Source: Auanema rhodensis (lineage: Eukaryota; Animalia; Nematoda). Taken from it: a stretch of 64,000 nt of DNA. The position numbers and the translations under genes are program-made. How positions within the stretch are numbered: position 1 is the first letter of the stretch; every line of letters starts with the position of its first letter. The DNA lies in NCBI GenBank assembly GCA_964057225.1, contig OZ059898.1, forward strand, positions 15,376,001 through 15,440,000, read 5' to 3'. Positions 1 through 13,300 of the stretch are shown here, piece by piece. Below the pieces are notes generated by a model. That model did no database searches. It saw nothing but the letters and a program-made list of their open reading frames with translations, and was not told where the DNA came from.

Positions 1-57
1 GGATAACGCGTCTGCCTACGGAGCAGAAGATTGTAGGTTCGAATCCTGCCGTGGTCG
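1..57 (+). tRNA. tRNA-Arg (anticodon ACG), 5' part truncated by the window edge
   Basis: Anticodon arm TCTGC-CT-ACG-GA-GCAGA (ACG at 18-20), T arm GTAGG-TTCGAAT-CCTGC and acceptor 3' strand CGTGGTCG; matches the nematode tRNA-Arg(ACG) sequence as I recall it. Confidence 0.95.
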
Positions 58-61
58 TAAC

Positions 62-65
62 TTTT
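62..65 (+). terminator. Pol III T-run terminator of the tRNA gene
   Basis: TTTT begins 5 nt after the tRNA 3' end. Confidence 0.6.
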
Positions 66-1017
66 GGAAATTGTAACTTCATTGAAAATGTTTTGAAGGT
101 TTTTAACAAACTTGAGTTATTTTGTTAAATCTTATCATATAATTAGAAAAAATATAAAAAATTAACATTTATTGCTATATGTAATAGTATTGCCACGGGG
201 GATATGTACACATTAAGGGAGAAGGGGGAATTATGGAGGTTGGGAGGGAAAATGAAGGAAGGGAACAAAGGATTGAACATTGGTATCTGAATATAGTAAT
301 CATCTCACCGCAACTATGACCGTAAGTCAGCATGTCATCACCTAACAATTAATATTTTTAACAAGAAAAAATGACAATTGGCAGTTATTTTACAAGTTCA
401 CATTCAGAAAATTCTCAAAATTTTCAAAATATAAGGTATAATTGCGATAAGAATTGAAGAAAATATTAAGTAAAGAAGATATATATATATATATAGAGAA
501 GTCACAGGGTAGATGGAAAAATGAAGGCCAACTGGAATCACAATCTATTCACCATTTATGTTTTATTTGAATAAATTGAATTATATTTGTATTACTAAGA
601 GGTTAAATTATTGAAACCGGGATGAAAAAGTATTGGAAAAGCATGAAGACATGAGAGACTAGATACCATTGTTGGAAAACCTGTATGAATATGGAGGGCA
701 AGAGAGATATAAGAATCTTCTATAGTTATAGTTATATAAGAAGAATAAATTTAAATTCTACAATCGTTTTTGTCTACAGTAGTTAAAAGTGTTTGAAAAA
801 AAGTTTGTGTTTCATTCAAAATAACCGAAAATGACGACAAACAAGCAGTTTGAACCCGGCTATGTATGTACCCGTATATGGAATTGATTTAAATCTCAAT
901 GAACTTAGAGATTATGAGATGAAAATCAAAGAAAAAACGTAGAAATCTGATGAAATGACTGTGGTAATGTGAAATTTTGCTCAATATATATGGTATATTA
1001 ACTAGAAGAAAGTAGTT

Positions 1018-1061
<44 letters not shown>

Positions 1062-1456
1062 GGAGAGGGAGACAGGGAGGGGAAGGAAAAGAAGGGGAAG
1101 AAAGGGCAAAGAGATCACAGATGATGAAGCATTTCAGCTTCAGAATCAACTGATTTTAATCTATAATTATAAACATAATCACAAACTTTCTGGAAAAAAG
1201 GGAAATGAAATTTAAATGAAAAAAAAATTAACATAGAAATCTTTGATCTAATAAAATGTTCTGAACCGGTATTACGATTTAAGGAAATTTTTCTCGAATT
1301 TCGTTATTCTGTGACACTGAGTGAAGGGAGAGTAAAGCAGATTCTTCCGCTATGTTAGTGTGTGTGTATATATATAAACAGGAAGATATGCTAGAAAGGC
1401 AGAAGAGGCTTGTAGAACTATGAGCCATGTGCTGAGGCTGACACAGCTTGCTTCGG

Positions 1457-3057
1457 CTATAAGAATCCGGAAGCTGGAGCAGAAAAGTTATCGTTTTCAT
1501 CTCCTTCTTCTAAATCGTGCATGTCGAAATCAGGAACTCTGAAAAACATTGAGATATCAGCAAATGAAGAGAAAATGATTGAACTGACCTATCTGTTTGA
1601 TCGAACAAGCTATAGTTTACTTCATATTTACCCAACTTTTCATTCAGAGTTACCATAGTTTTGAATCTGTAACATGAAATTTGTGGACTTTTGATCTTTT
1701 TTCATCAAATCTGAGGATTCAGATGCCTTTTCTCAGTAACGTACCTATGACCCCAAAGAATTTCGCTGGGCAAAAACGATGTTCTGGCTTGAAATGTCAT
1801 ACCAGTTGCTTCAACTATGCCTTCGACCGTCATAATAATCTCAAAATCAGCATCTTGTAATGATTCTCGTGTCATTCCATGTAAAGGACTATTCTCATCA
1901 ATCACATGTCGCACAACTATTGGCCTAAAATTAGATGAAGATGATGTTAGATATGAAGCAGTGTATCATGAAATTCTTACCATAGAAGCAGGACACGATC
2001 CCATCCTGAATCATAACCAACGTTAATATCTCGCATACCAACTAGTTCTCGATCTCCTCTCTGCAAATTCACAATTTTCATTTAGTTTTTTCCGTTCAAC
2101 TCCTCTAATAAACAAACCTTGTTTATCCGACTATTTACAATGAACATTCTGACATGTGATTCGGCCAGAAATAACTTTTCTTGAATATCAGCCAATCGAA
2201 CTTGTAGCGCCGGCCTTCTATCAGATTCACTTAACGGACCAACAACAGCCATTCGTGAAAACCTCATTTCCTGGAAAAAAGGAGAAATAGTTGAAGTTTA
2301 ATGCTGCCAAGTTCGTCATTGCATGTCAGAATGCAGTCATTTCGTAGAAAAACTAAGTTCGAACCTGTCGTCGCTTTGTTGGCCTCAATATCTTGGCTAT
2401 AACTAGACCTCCAAGTAAGGTTTGCAAAAAATTTCCAGCAATCATTTGAAGACATAACGTTGTATAAGCCATAGGACAAAGATCTGTCATATATCTATGT
2501 CCATATCCTATAGTGGCTTGTGATTCCAAACTAAAATATCAAAAAAATTAGTCTTAACACAAAATTCTTTAATTAATTTACCTGAATAGTAAAGCTGTAG
2601 CCATATTATCTACATTAACAATACACGGTCGATAATGATCAGTTGTCTAAATGAAAAAATTTGTTAAAAAAGATGTTTTTTCAAGATCAGAATAAGTTTT
2701 AAACATATTCTGGTTGATTTAAGCTTAAAAGATATAATATGAAAAACTTACATCATATAATCGATGATAATGTGTTATAGCATAGTATATTAGAGCAAAT
2801 AATATCCAAGAAAAGAAAAATCCACCAGCAAAAACAGTTAGAATAGTTCTCCATTTATATTCAATTGTTAAATGAAACCAATTTCTATAATTGAATGAAA
2901 TTTAAAATATTTTTTCAATGTTTTTTCAATTTTGAAATCAAAAAAAGTTGTTGAAATTGCTCTTTGTACTCTATTCTTACTTTAAATACTTCAAAATAAG
3001 ATCATTTTCTAGAGAAGAACATCAACTCTTAGCTCAAACTTAGGGTTTTTGGTTTCG

Positions 3058-3098
<41 letters not shown>

Positions 3099-3980
3099 TG
3101 ATCAACAAGGTTTATTGAGAGAAAAAACGAACTTGGCTGCTCTTCGTATCCTTGATGGAATTTGAACATTATCATATAATGGTTTACCATCTTTTGATAC
3201 CAATCGTGTCGCTCTTGTATGACATCGAGAGTTTGAAGTACACCATCCATCTGAAATAAAAATTTTATTCAAAAAATTAAAAATTAAAAAAAAATTTTGT
3301 TTTAGCCATCAATACAGCTTTTCTTTCAAAAATTTCCAGAGAAGAAAAATAAGAAGAAGAAGAATATTTCTGTATTTGTATTGAAAATCACATCATTTCT
3401 CATTCAGTTTGAAGTTATGTGTATGGTGACATCTACATATGCACATACTAGCTGCACATCTTCTTCTCATACCTCATCAACGACGACGACGACGACGACG
3501 ACTACTACTAGTTGAAGTAGAAATATTTGTTCAAAAATATTCAAAAATATTGTTTTTCTATTTTAAATTCAAATAATTATAAAGTTTAAATAGTATTCTT
3601 TCATTATTCATTGATATCGTCTTCTGGCATGTTCATGACGTCACAACAAGTGGAAGTGTGAAGCCGAAAAGAGAGCAAGAATAGAAAGATGAGTGACATG
3701 ACAAATCGAAAAATTTGGCAAAAAATGAAATCAAAAATCAGTGTTGTTCCAATAGTCTTATGAGATTTAGGGGAGGCATTTACATATTTCAAAGTTTAAA
3801 TATAGTTTATTGAAATGAAAATGTATGTTTCATCTTTTCCTTATGTTTGGACGACTTCTGTTTTTTTTTATTGTTTTTGGTGATAATAGTAAAAAAATGT
3901 TGTAAAATTTAAAACTTACTTAGCTCCTTTTTGACTGATTTTTCACCTGATAATCGTTCCAGCTCTTCCGCTAATGGCAT
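1457..3980 (-). CDS. irk-3: Inward-rectifier potassium channel, IRK-3 type (~371 aa, 10 exons)
   Basis: Hand-spliced exons 3980-3920, 3250-3133, 2884-2752, 2646-2582, 2530-2365, 2270-2118, 2060-1981, 1924-1745, 1666-1589, 1538-1457 give 1116 nt in one frame with GT-AG introns. Motifs: RLVSKDG, WFHLTIEYKWR, pore FSLESQATIGYG, VGPLSESDRRPALQVRLADIQ, VGYDSGWDRVLLLWP, HVIDENSPL, VEATGMTFQARTSF, EILWGHRF; ends ASGFL*. Confidence 0.9.
3636..3643. promoter_or_regulatory. Perfect CRE palindrome (TGACGTCA) in irk-3 intron 1
   Basis: Exact motif match; a second perfect copy (ATGACGTCAT) lies at 16219-16228. Function not shown. Confidence 0.3.
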
Positions 3981-6212
3981 GCCTATAATATATTAAATAT
4001 TAAAAAAAATAATAATTTGTTATCAAAAAAAGTTTTTAAAAAAATGAAAAGAAGATTAAAAAAAAATTTAAACAACTATTTTTGGAGGATTTAAATTTTT
4101 TTTCAAAATAAAAATAAAATGAAATATATAAAAATAAATTTTAAATAATAATAAATATATTATATTGAATTGAAAAATAAAATAAAAATCTTAATATGTA
4201 CATTTGGATCCGAAAAATAAATATTTAAAGAAAAATTTTAAAATTTTAATTTAAAAAATTAATAATATATACATACATATAGTTAGTTAATTAGTTAGTT
4301 TATATATAATTATTTAAATAAATCTAGATAGATGTGAAAGGTTATGGATGTATATGTATCAAGCACTGACTGGATGGATGAAGAAGTATTTAGATGGAAA
4401 GAAAGAAAAATAATTCAATTTTCATTTTTTTTTTGTCAAAAGTCATTTAATAGGAAGAAAGTTGACAAAGTTTTCAAGTTGGAAAAGAGAAAACTTTCTT
4501 CGTTTCAAAACGAAAAAAGTATAAACGTTTTCATCATCTATCATCTCATACAATATACAAGATGATAGATAAAAGTAAAAAACTTTATTATATCTATACT
4601 ATATGTATACATATCTATACATATATATCGTATATTGTATATGTATATACACATAAAATATATGAAAATAGCCACCTTTAGAATAGAAAAAAAGAGGAAA
4701 ATGTTAAAGGAAATAGAAGGTGAAACTGAGATATGATCGAACAACAATAGTGGTCATAGAATTGAAGTTTTTTATGCTTTTTCATCTAAGCACACGAATA
4801 AAGGTTGTGGACGGAGGTGCTTGAGGAAGTATTTGGTTGACGCTTTTTCGAAAATGTTGGAAGAAAACATAAGGAAGGCAGAAACTTAAGCTTAAGCTGT
4901 AGAATAATACGCTGAGGAATGAGCATTAGTACAGAATATGATAAGGAGAATCAATAAATAGTTAAAAAAGTATTTAATAAGAATTTATGAATGAAGAGAA
5001 GAAGTTGTAGTTGATAGATTGAAAGATGGTTGAAGAAAAGAAAGAGAGAGAGAGTGAGAGAGAGAGAGAGAGGGGGGGGAGGAGGATGAAAAAAACTGAG
5101 AATAAGGTAATGGATGAAATCAATTCGGAGATTGAGAAAACATGAAAAAAGAACTATTAACGAGATATATAAAGAAGTCTAAATGGATTATATAAGGAAA
5201 AGCTTAAACACTCAAATGAGGCTATTGCTTTGAATATGGAAAAGATGACAATTTATAAAGAAAAACGGATGAAAAAGTGTATTCTGACTAAGAAAGGAAG
5301 GAAATAAAAACGAACGAGGTGATAGGGTGGAGATTCTGATTCTTCATCTTATTCTCGAGGGGTCATACGAAAACATGTGAGTCGAAGAGAAATTGAGAAA
5401 GGGATTCAGAAAGAGAGAGAAGAGGTATGGATAGAGAGACATACACATACACACACACACAGGAAAATGAGTAAAGAGGGAGAGAGAGAGAGAGAGAAAT
5501 TAAAGAAAGGAGGGAGGGAAATAAAAACAGGAGTGAGCAATAATCAACCGGAACGCAGATGATGACCATTCCATTCATACGAATTATATTATACATTCTC
5601 TATATATGATATCCACGAAGTGTCAAGCAAAAAACATCAATCGGAAGCTGTTTAGACGATTTTTTATTCCAAGAACTTTTTAAAAGCTTTAAATTGCCTG
5701 AGGAATGATCATCAAGTTCTTCCTTGTTTGCCTGCATATGTATGTTTAGGTTGTCCATTCGTTCGTCTGTATTCGTTTTTCATCTTCTTTTTTTTTGAAT
5801 TTGAAAATGAACTTCGATACCAAGGGGCCAATATGAGTATATACGAAACGCCATCAACCACAGCATCATCATTAAGTTTTAAGTTTTAAGCTGTATTGCT
5901 TATAAACCATATATGAGAGTGTATATATGTATATCTAATCTGTTAAAATGGTAAAAGAAAACTCAAAATAACTTGTAATATTTCTTTGTAAATGCAAAGA
6001 ATTAGCTATGAATGAGCTTAGACGTTGATGTTCAAGAAGAAGCATTGAGTTTTGTATTTCATGAATTTCAACTTAATGAGAGAAGTTTAATGCTTAACAG
6101 TAAAAAAAGTTTGTGAATGTGGTTCTAAAACGAACAGAATAAAGGAATAGAAGTAAAGGATTTATGGAATTATATCTTTACACATATCTCCCACTCTCTC
6201 TCTCTGTCTCTA

Positions 6213-6249
<37 letters not shown>

Positions 6250-7379
6250 GTCTCTCTCTCTCTCTGTCTTTGACTCTATTTGTACTTACTCTTTCTCTTT
6301 CTTATTATTTTAATTTGAAGTAGAAAACATTCATATCATGAACATGTAAAATAAAAAAAGAAAAATGAGTCAAAAGGTGAAAAAAAACATTAAAAAAGCT
6401 TAATATGTATATGTATTATGTACATATATGTGTGTGTATGAGTCCATAAAATTTTTAAAAACAAATTGGAGAATTATTGAAAAGAAAAAAAAGAAATATT
6501 GCGTGATGATGACTGTTTAGAGGAAGTTATTCATGTTTTAACAGAATCTAAACTTCCAATCAACTTACTACTACCGTTCATCAAATATTTATACAAACAA
6601 CAGCTTTACAAACTAAATAAGAATGCGGTATGATCGTAACAAAGTTGGAAGAAAAAGTGAAATAGAAGCTGTTACTGCTGCTGCTGCTGCTCTCGCATAT
6701 CCGCATATTGTCGTCAGTACATGAGCTTTTTCAACAACAATACCTACCTTTCAAACTGGTAATCAAGTTTGCTTATGAAGAAAAAGTAAGTTGGAATTGC
6801 TGTCAACAATGGTCATATAAGGATAAGAAAATGAGAAAAAACTTCTTAACTAAGAGTTAGAAGAGAAAGAGGAAAGAGTAGAAAATCTCGAAAAAAAAAG
6901 AAAAGAAAAAAGAAATAGAGAGAGAGAAAGAGAAATAGAGAGTGAAAGAGCAGAAAAAAATGCAAAAACAACAAATTAACTATGTGAGAAGAAATACTAA
7001 TTTTGTTGTAGAAAGTAAATTTTTCCATAAAAAAACAGAAAGGTTAACACAATTTCGTTTTCATCCCCTCTATAAAGAAGATATAAAGAGGATGAGAGAG
7101 AGAGGGGGGGGGAGAGAGAGGGAGAGAGAGAGAAAAGGAAATCCAGACCAACATACACGAAAAGCAGAACCTTAAAGAAACGGAAACAAAAAAACAAACA
7201 GAATTAAGATAAAATAAAGTATATAACAAACATGTGAAGAAATGCTTTGAATACGAAATTTTATGTTCAAAGTTTGAAGAATATCAGTATGATTGGAAGG
7301 GGAGATTTGAATATAACTTATAGATGAGAAATGAAACCAGAAGTATGAAGAACATACATGATGATATACAGAGAGAGAA

Positions 7380-7421
<42 letters not shown>

Positions 7422-7615
7422 TGGGGTTGTGTTTGGAGTTTTGTTTTGATTTTCGAATTTTTTCTCTTTTTGCGTGTATATTCTGGATATGAAAAACAAA
7501 TGCTCTTTGCAATCGAGGTTTCCATTTTTTTTCTGAAAATGGACATCAAATCTGTTTTTGAATATAGAAAACGCTTTATGTGGTAAGTGCAAGAGAATAC
7601 AAAACTACCTTTCTC

Positions 7616-7668
<53 letters not shown>

Positions 7669-8787
7669 TACTCTTTTTACAACCCCATCTACTCCCTCTT
7701 ATTCTTTATTATTTCTTTTTTTATATTTCTGTCACCTATACCAATTCTGTATCTTTGATGTATTTGTATTCAAAGTTTTCTTGATCATACTACTTTCACA
7801 GACCTTCTCCCCTCGTCCTTCCCTCATACATGTATTTCAATTTGAAAATTATAAAATGAAAATATAATTGTATATGTTTGAAATATGTATGTATGTATGT
7901 AGTTCTATAATTTAAAATTAATTATTTGATTTGTTATGATAATCAAATTTTGTAGTTTTAAGATGGAAATTGTGGAATAAAATGTAAGAAAATATAAAAG
8001 AAAAGTTGAATAAGGGAACATTTTGATCAAAAATAATGAAGCATGATGTTCATTGAAACTTAAGTTGAGAGACTAAAGACTTAGAGAGAGAGGGAGGGGA
8101 GAGAGAGAGAGAGAGAGAGATTAGGATGTGAGAAAAAAATCTGTGTTTATTATAAATGTTTAAGAGATTTAATATGAAATTGAAAGAGAAAAGATAAAAA
8201 ATCCAAAGTATTTTCATAAAATTAAAATGTTCCTACTAATTTCATCTTCAAATTTATGAATGATGATAGATGATCATAAATCTGAGTAACACGAACGAAA
8301 GCTAATTCATAATTCTTTTGGTCGTGTTTTCTATTAGAAATTTGAATATTAAAGCTTGAACAGGTTGATAAAATCAAATATTCCTACTTTTGCAAGAACT
8401 ACTGAAGGAAAATACAATTGTAATAGTCATTCTTATTCTCTTTTCGTCTCATATTTTCTTCTTTTTTTTGGAAAAAAATACAATTTTTGGTTGAAAATAT
8501 AAATATTTGGATGAAGAAGATGAGTGCTAAACTGATGCTCAGATAATGATTTTGGAAATAAACACTTTGAAGTTCACAGTTTTTCCTTTTTCTTTTCTTT
8601 TAAAACAAAAAAAAAGAAAATCAACAACAATTGCAAAGAAAAACTTGAAGTTATCAACTTATAAGCTTGAAACGTTTCAGAATTTTTTGACTAAAAGTAA
8701 AAGTACGAGAAGGAGCTAAGACTTAAAGTACATTCATGGATGGAGCAAGGGAGAGTAGCAGATTACTATTGACTGTGTACTTATTTG

Positions 8788-8842
<55 letters not shown>

Positions 8843-9204
8843 GAGAAAATAATGATATAGATGATGTTGAAATGATGAAAATAGAGGGAAAAGGATAGAA
8901 AGGGGAAAGTATAGGAGGGAATGAGATTGGTAGGTTGAACGAAGAGCATACTAGGATAGAGAAAACTAGATGACAGAGATAGAGTGAAGGTTTAATATTG
9001 GAAGAATTCAGATGAACAAATGCCATATACTTTTGAAGATTATTAAGAGATTGTTTCTGGGATTTTCAATAAATTCCACAAAAAATATCTGATAGGAAGA
9101 GAAGAAGAGAGAGAAAGATGAGGAGAAGTAAATGATGAAGATGAAAGTGTATGAGATATCGGGAATACATGAAGTTCTAAGGATATGCATAGAAAGGAAA
9201 ATGT

Positions 9205-9247
<43 letters not shown>

Positions 9248-9556
9248 AGATGTATCTAATGATGAGAATTTGAAGGCTCAAAAAAAAGAAGAAAAAGCAA
9301 TGTTGCCGGAAGTTTGGATGTTTAAGGAGAAACATGAAGTTTGTTCCTATTTTTTTGAGTCTTCTTTACAAACAGATATAGTAGATAGTTGCTTGATGGC
9401 TGTTACTGAAAAAGTAAACACAGAAACAACCATAGTGAGTTGAACGAAGCGAAAAAAACGAAACAAAAAGCCAAAAAAAAAAGATGAATATTCGATAATT
9501 GTTAACCACATGTAGCTAAGTGCTGTGTCAGACCTACCCTCATTCTTTCTCTCTCC

Positions 9557-9600
<44 letters not shown>

Positions 9601-10299
9601 GTAATTACTTCAATTTTTCATATTTACTCGTATTCCTCCTTCCACACCCCTCATTCCCTTTCTCCCCCCCCTCTCTCTATGTATATACATATCTCTCTTT
9701 TACTTTTTTTTTGTGATCATCAAATTGTGGGATTATCACGAGAAATCGTTTGATGATGTGGATTTTACTTTAAAAAAATTATAAAAATTGAGGGTGGTTG
9801 AAAGCTTAAGTGGGAGGAGGTGAAGGTAGAACGAATAGATGAAAGATAGGAAATCTCTCACGCAAAAGATAATGCATTCATAAAAATTAGAAATCAACTT
9901 AAAAGGGAAAGTAGAGTAAAGAGAGAGAGAAAAAGAAAGAAGGAGAGAGAGAGATTAGAGACTTACAGAGAGAGAGAGAGAAAGGGGTTGCAGATGCAAA
10001 AGAGCGAAGACAAGATAATGATATTATTTAAGTGAGTAGAAGTACATGACTTCAAATTTTGAAGCTTTCTTGAGACGGAAAAAATGAAAAAAAGAAGGAA
10101 AGAGAGTGAAAATACAATGGGATGAGCTGAATGAATTGGAAAATTATTCATGAGTTTACCAAAACCGAAACATTTGGGGTTCAAGCAAAGCAGAAACACC
10201 AAAAAAAGCAAAGTTATATAGATTAGAGAGAGAATTGTGTGAGGAAACACGGAAACAAATAGTATATATAGAGAGAGATCTAGAGAGAGAATGAGGGAG

Positions 10300-10349
<50 letters not shown>

Positions 10350-13300
10350 GAGGGGGGGGGGGGGGAGAAACTGAAAAATCAGAAAAAATCAAATCAATTG
10401 AAATAAAGTTTGTTGATGAAACATGTTGTGATGTGAGACAAATAAATAAGAAAAATGAAGTTATTACCAGATATGAATCTCCCAGTTGTTGTTGGTCAGC
10501 TAGCTTGTCCTTCGAGCAAATTATTTGGCTTGACTATATGCTGAAATGAAAAAAATGTATCAAATCTGCAAAAAAAGGCTGCAAGAAAGAATATGAAGGA
10601 AATAAAAGAAAAGAAGAAAAAGAAGGGGGGGGGGGAAAGACAGGGCTCGATAGAGAAGAGCAATGATTGAAAGGCAGTTTATGAGGGGAAGTCGGGATTT
10701 CTCCCACAAAATTAGAAGCAAGAAGTATAAAGAAAACTGACAAAAGTCAAAATGTAGAAAATGAGAGAAAGAGGATGGAATGAGATGAAGAAATCGGAAC
10801 TTCGAGTTCTTTTCGTTCTCATCCCATCGAAGGAAGAAGCTAAAAAGCATATGACTTGTTCGTCTATGCTGCAGCTCTTTCTTAGTCTGTTGACCACTGT
10901 GACAGCTTAAGTTGATCTCTATGTATCTCTCAATGTTCATAAAGCATGCGCATGTAACAGCATTCACGGATGATAATCATAATCAGCTTCTTGAACGCCA
11001 ATATGACATAGAGAGAGAGAGAGAGAGAGGGGGGGGGGAGTATGGAGGATGAAATATAGGTAGTATTTATAATGCTCTAACGGTTTAATCAAAGTTTGGA
11101 AGAAGAATCAAACTAGAAACTAGAAAATATGAATAGAATATGAACATATTTAAAGCTTGGATGAATAAAGTTCTGATGTACTATCTTTGTGATTAAATAG
11201 ATGAATCATATGTGAGAATGAGAGGCAGATAGACAGAGAGAGAGAGATATGCATTTGGAGCAATTTCCGGTCTATTTTATGACTTTTTATACATAAATAA
11301 AGATAATAAGAAAAACAAATAGTTAATAAGCAAAATATTTTTTTAATTGAAACATATTTGATTGAATAAAAGGGAAAATAAGCTTACACTCCCTCTATTT
11401 AAGCTTTTCCCTCTCTTTTACTCGTAGTCTCAATATCAATTTCATTCAATTTTTCATAGTTGAGATGAAAACGAAGAATAAAAAAAGATAAAATTGCAAA
11501 GAAAAAAAATAAAATAACCACAATGAGAACATGACAACAGAACTATTTTAAAGCAAAGTGTGTGTTGAAAATGAAGAGAAAAAAAATTGAGAAGAAGAAG
11601 ATATAAATACAAAATAAAAAAAAGTTTGAAAATTGAAAAAAAAAATGAAAAAAGAAAACAATTAAAATAACTTTATATATTGTTATAGGCTTCTCCATAT
11701 TTCTCCTTCTGCATTTTTTTTATTATCAAAGTTTCTCGCATTTTAGAGAGAAATAGAGATAGATAGAGAGAGGGAGAGGGAAGGAGAGAGCATTCTGAAG
11801 ACATATAGCTCTGACGTGATACCTCATCTCTTCTTGTTCTTTTTGGTATTGCCGGCCCTTCCCCTCTCTCTCTCTCTCCCTCCTTTTCTCTCTCTTTCTC
11901 CCTCTCTCTCTCTCTATTTCTCTCTTTAAAACTCATTCATCATGAAATAAAAAAAATACAAGAAAGTCGATAGTATGTATTTGGATTTTGATAAATTTGC
12001 TGAACACATGTACATGTAGATGTAGATGTATATACATAGATCTAAGTAAAAGCATAATAAAAATTTGATCGAAAAACACAATAAAGATAATAAAAATTTT
12101 AATTTTCATTATTATTTTTATTTTTGTGAAAAAAAAAATAAAAATTTTTTTTAATAAATTCATAAAAAATCGTAAAATAAAAGTATTTTGTGTTAGTTTG
12201 TAAATGATTAAAGAACATTTATTAACATGAGTACTTATTATTATTTGATTAAAAAATTAAAAAAAACTTTGTTCTAGCATCATCCGGGAAAAAAACGATT
12301 AAAGGATTACGAAAGATGAGCATTAAAGGCTTGTGAACATCACAATATGATGTTGAGAAGAGGTCGAGAAAATACATCATTTATTTTGTATTATTAAGAA
12401 AACAAAATGAAGAAAAAAAGACAAAAAAAACGAAGAAAACGAAGTATAAATAGGTTTATAAACAAGATTACTATAACCAAACTTTCTTTGTATGTTTTTT
12501 TGTTTTTTTTTTGTTAAAAAAATATCTGAATATGTATACAATGTTGTATGTTTACGTATCTACATGCATGATTTGATGGCGTCAACATAACAGGGCAATA
12601 GCTTTTGGGCTTCGGCCGGCTCTGTTTCAGATCACATTGAATGGTTGTAAATCTGGGACTGGCAATTAAACACTCAAGATTAGTTGGAAGTCAGGTTGGA
12701 CAAGCTTGAAAACAAAAAAAAATTTTTTTGTCTAGTAAATAAAGCTGTAAATATTATTTTGGAAAAAGATGCGTTAAGCTCTAGAGCTTAGTCAAATCGT
12801 TTAAGCCAATTTAGAGGGGAGACGATGACGAGGAGCAATGCGATGAGGCCGACAAGCAGTTCGACGTCGGCTTGTTGAACAACGTCGTCGAGCAAAATCC
12901 TTCTTCATCTAATCTTCAACATAGAGTTTCTTCAGTGAAAGAAGGCTTTTAGAAAGGATATCATTTGGATATGTTCATATATGGATCATTCTGCTCCAGC
13001 TGACATCCATCGTTGTCAACGTCGACGTCGTCGACCAAGCCTGATTACATTTAGACGGCACGACGAAGTCGAGTAGAAGTTAGAAAAAGGAATGAAAAGA
13101 GGGTAGTGGAAAAAGATATGAAGAGAGAAGAGAGAGAGAGAAAGGGGTGGAGGGGGGAACAAGTGCTGACGACACATTTTTCCGTCAACTCATCCAGTGG
13201 ATCACGACGGCCAAGGCAGAGACCACAATGTCGAAGATGACGATGAAACTGAGGATGGTTGGAAAGCGAAAAGTTGAAGAAAAGAAGGAAAATCTTACTA

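Noticed and set aside
869-890. TACCCGTA as a miR-51-family gene on the plus strand
   Set aside because: There is no complementary arm to form a hairpin; it is better read as a target site in the irk-3 UTR.
2981-3008. Possible micro-exon in irk-3 intron 2 (tag|AAAATGATC...TTTAAA|gtaag)
   Set aside because: Inclusion after the phase-2 donor gives an immediate stop, while direct splicing of 3133 to 2884 is in frame.
11082-11100. GGTTTAATCAAAGTTTGG resembling the SL1 leader
   Set aside because: The match is gapped, with no GT donor or Sm site downstream.
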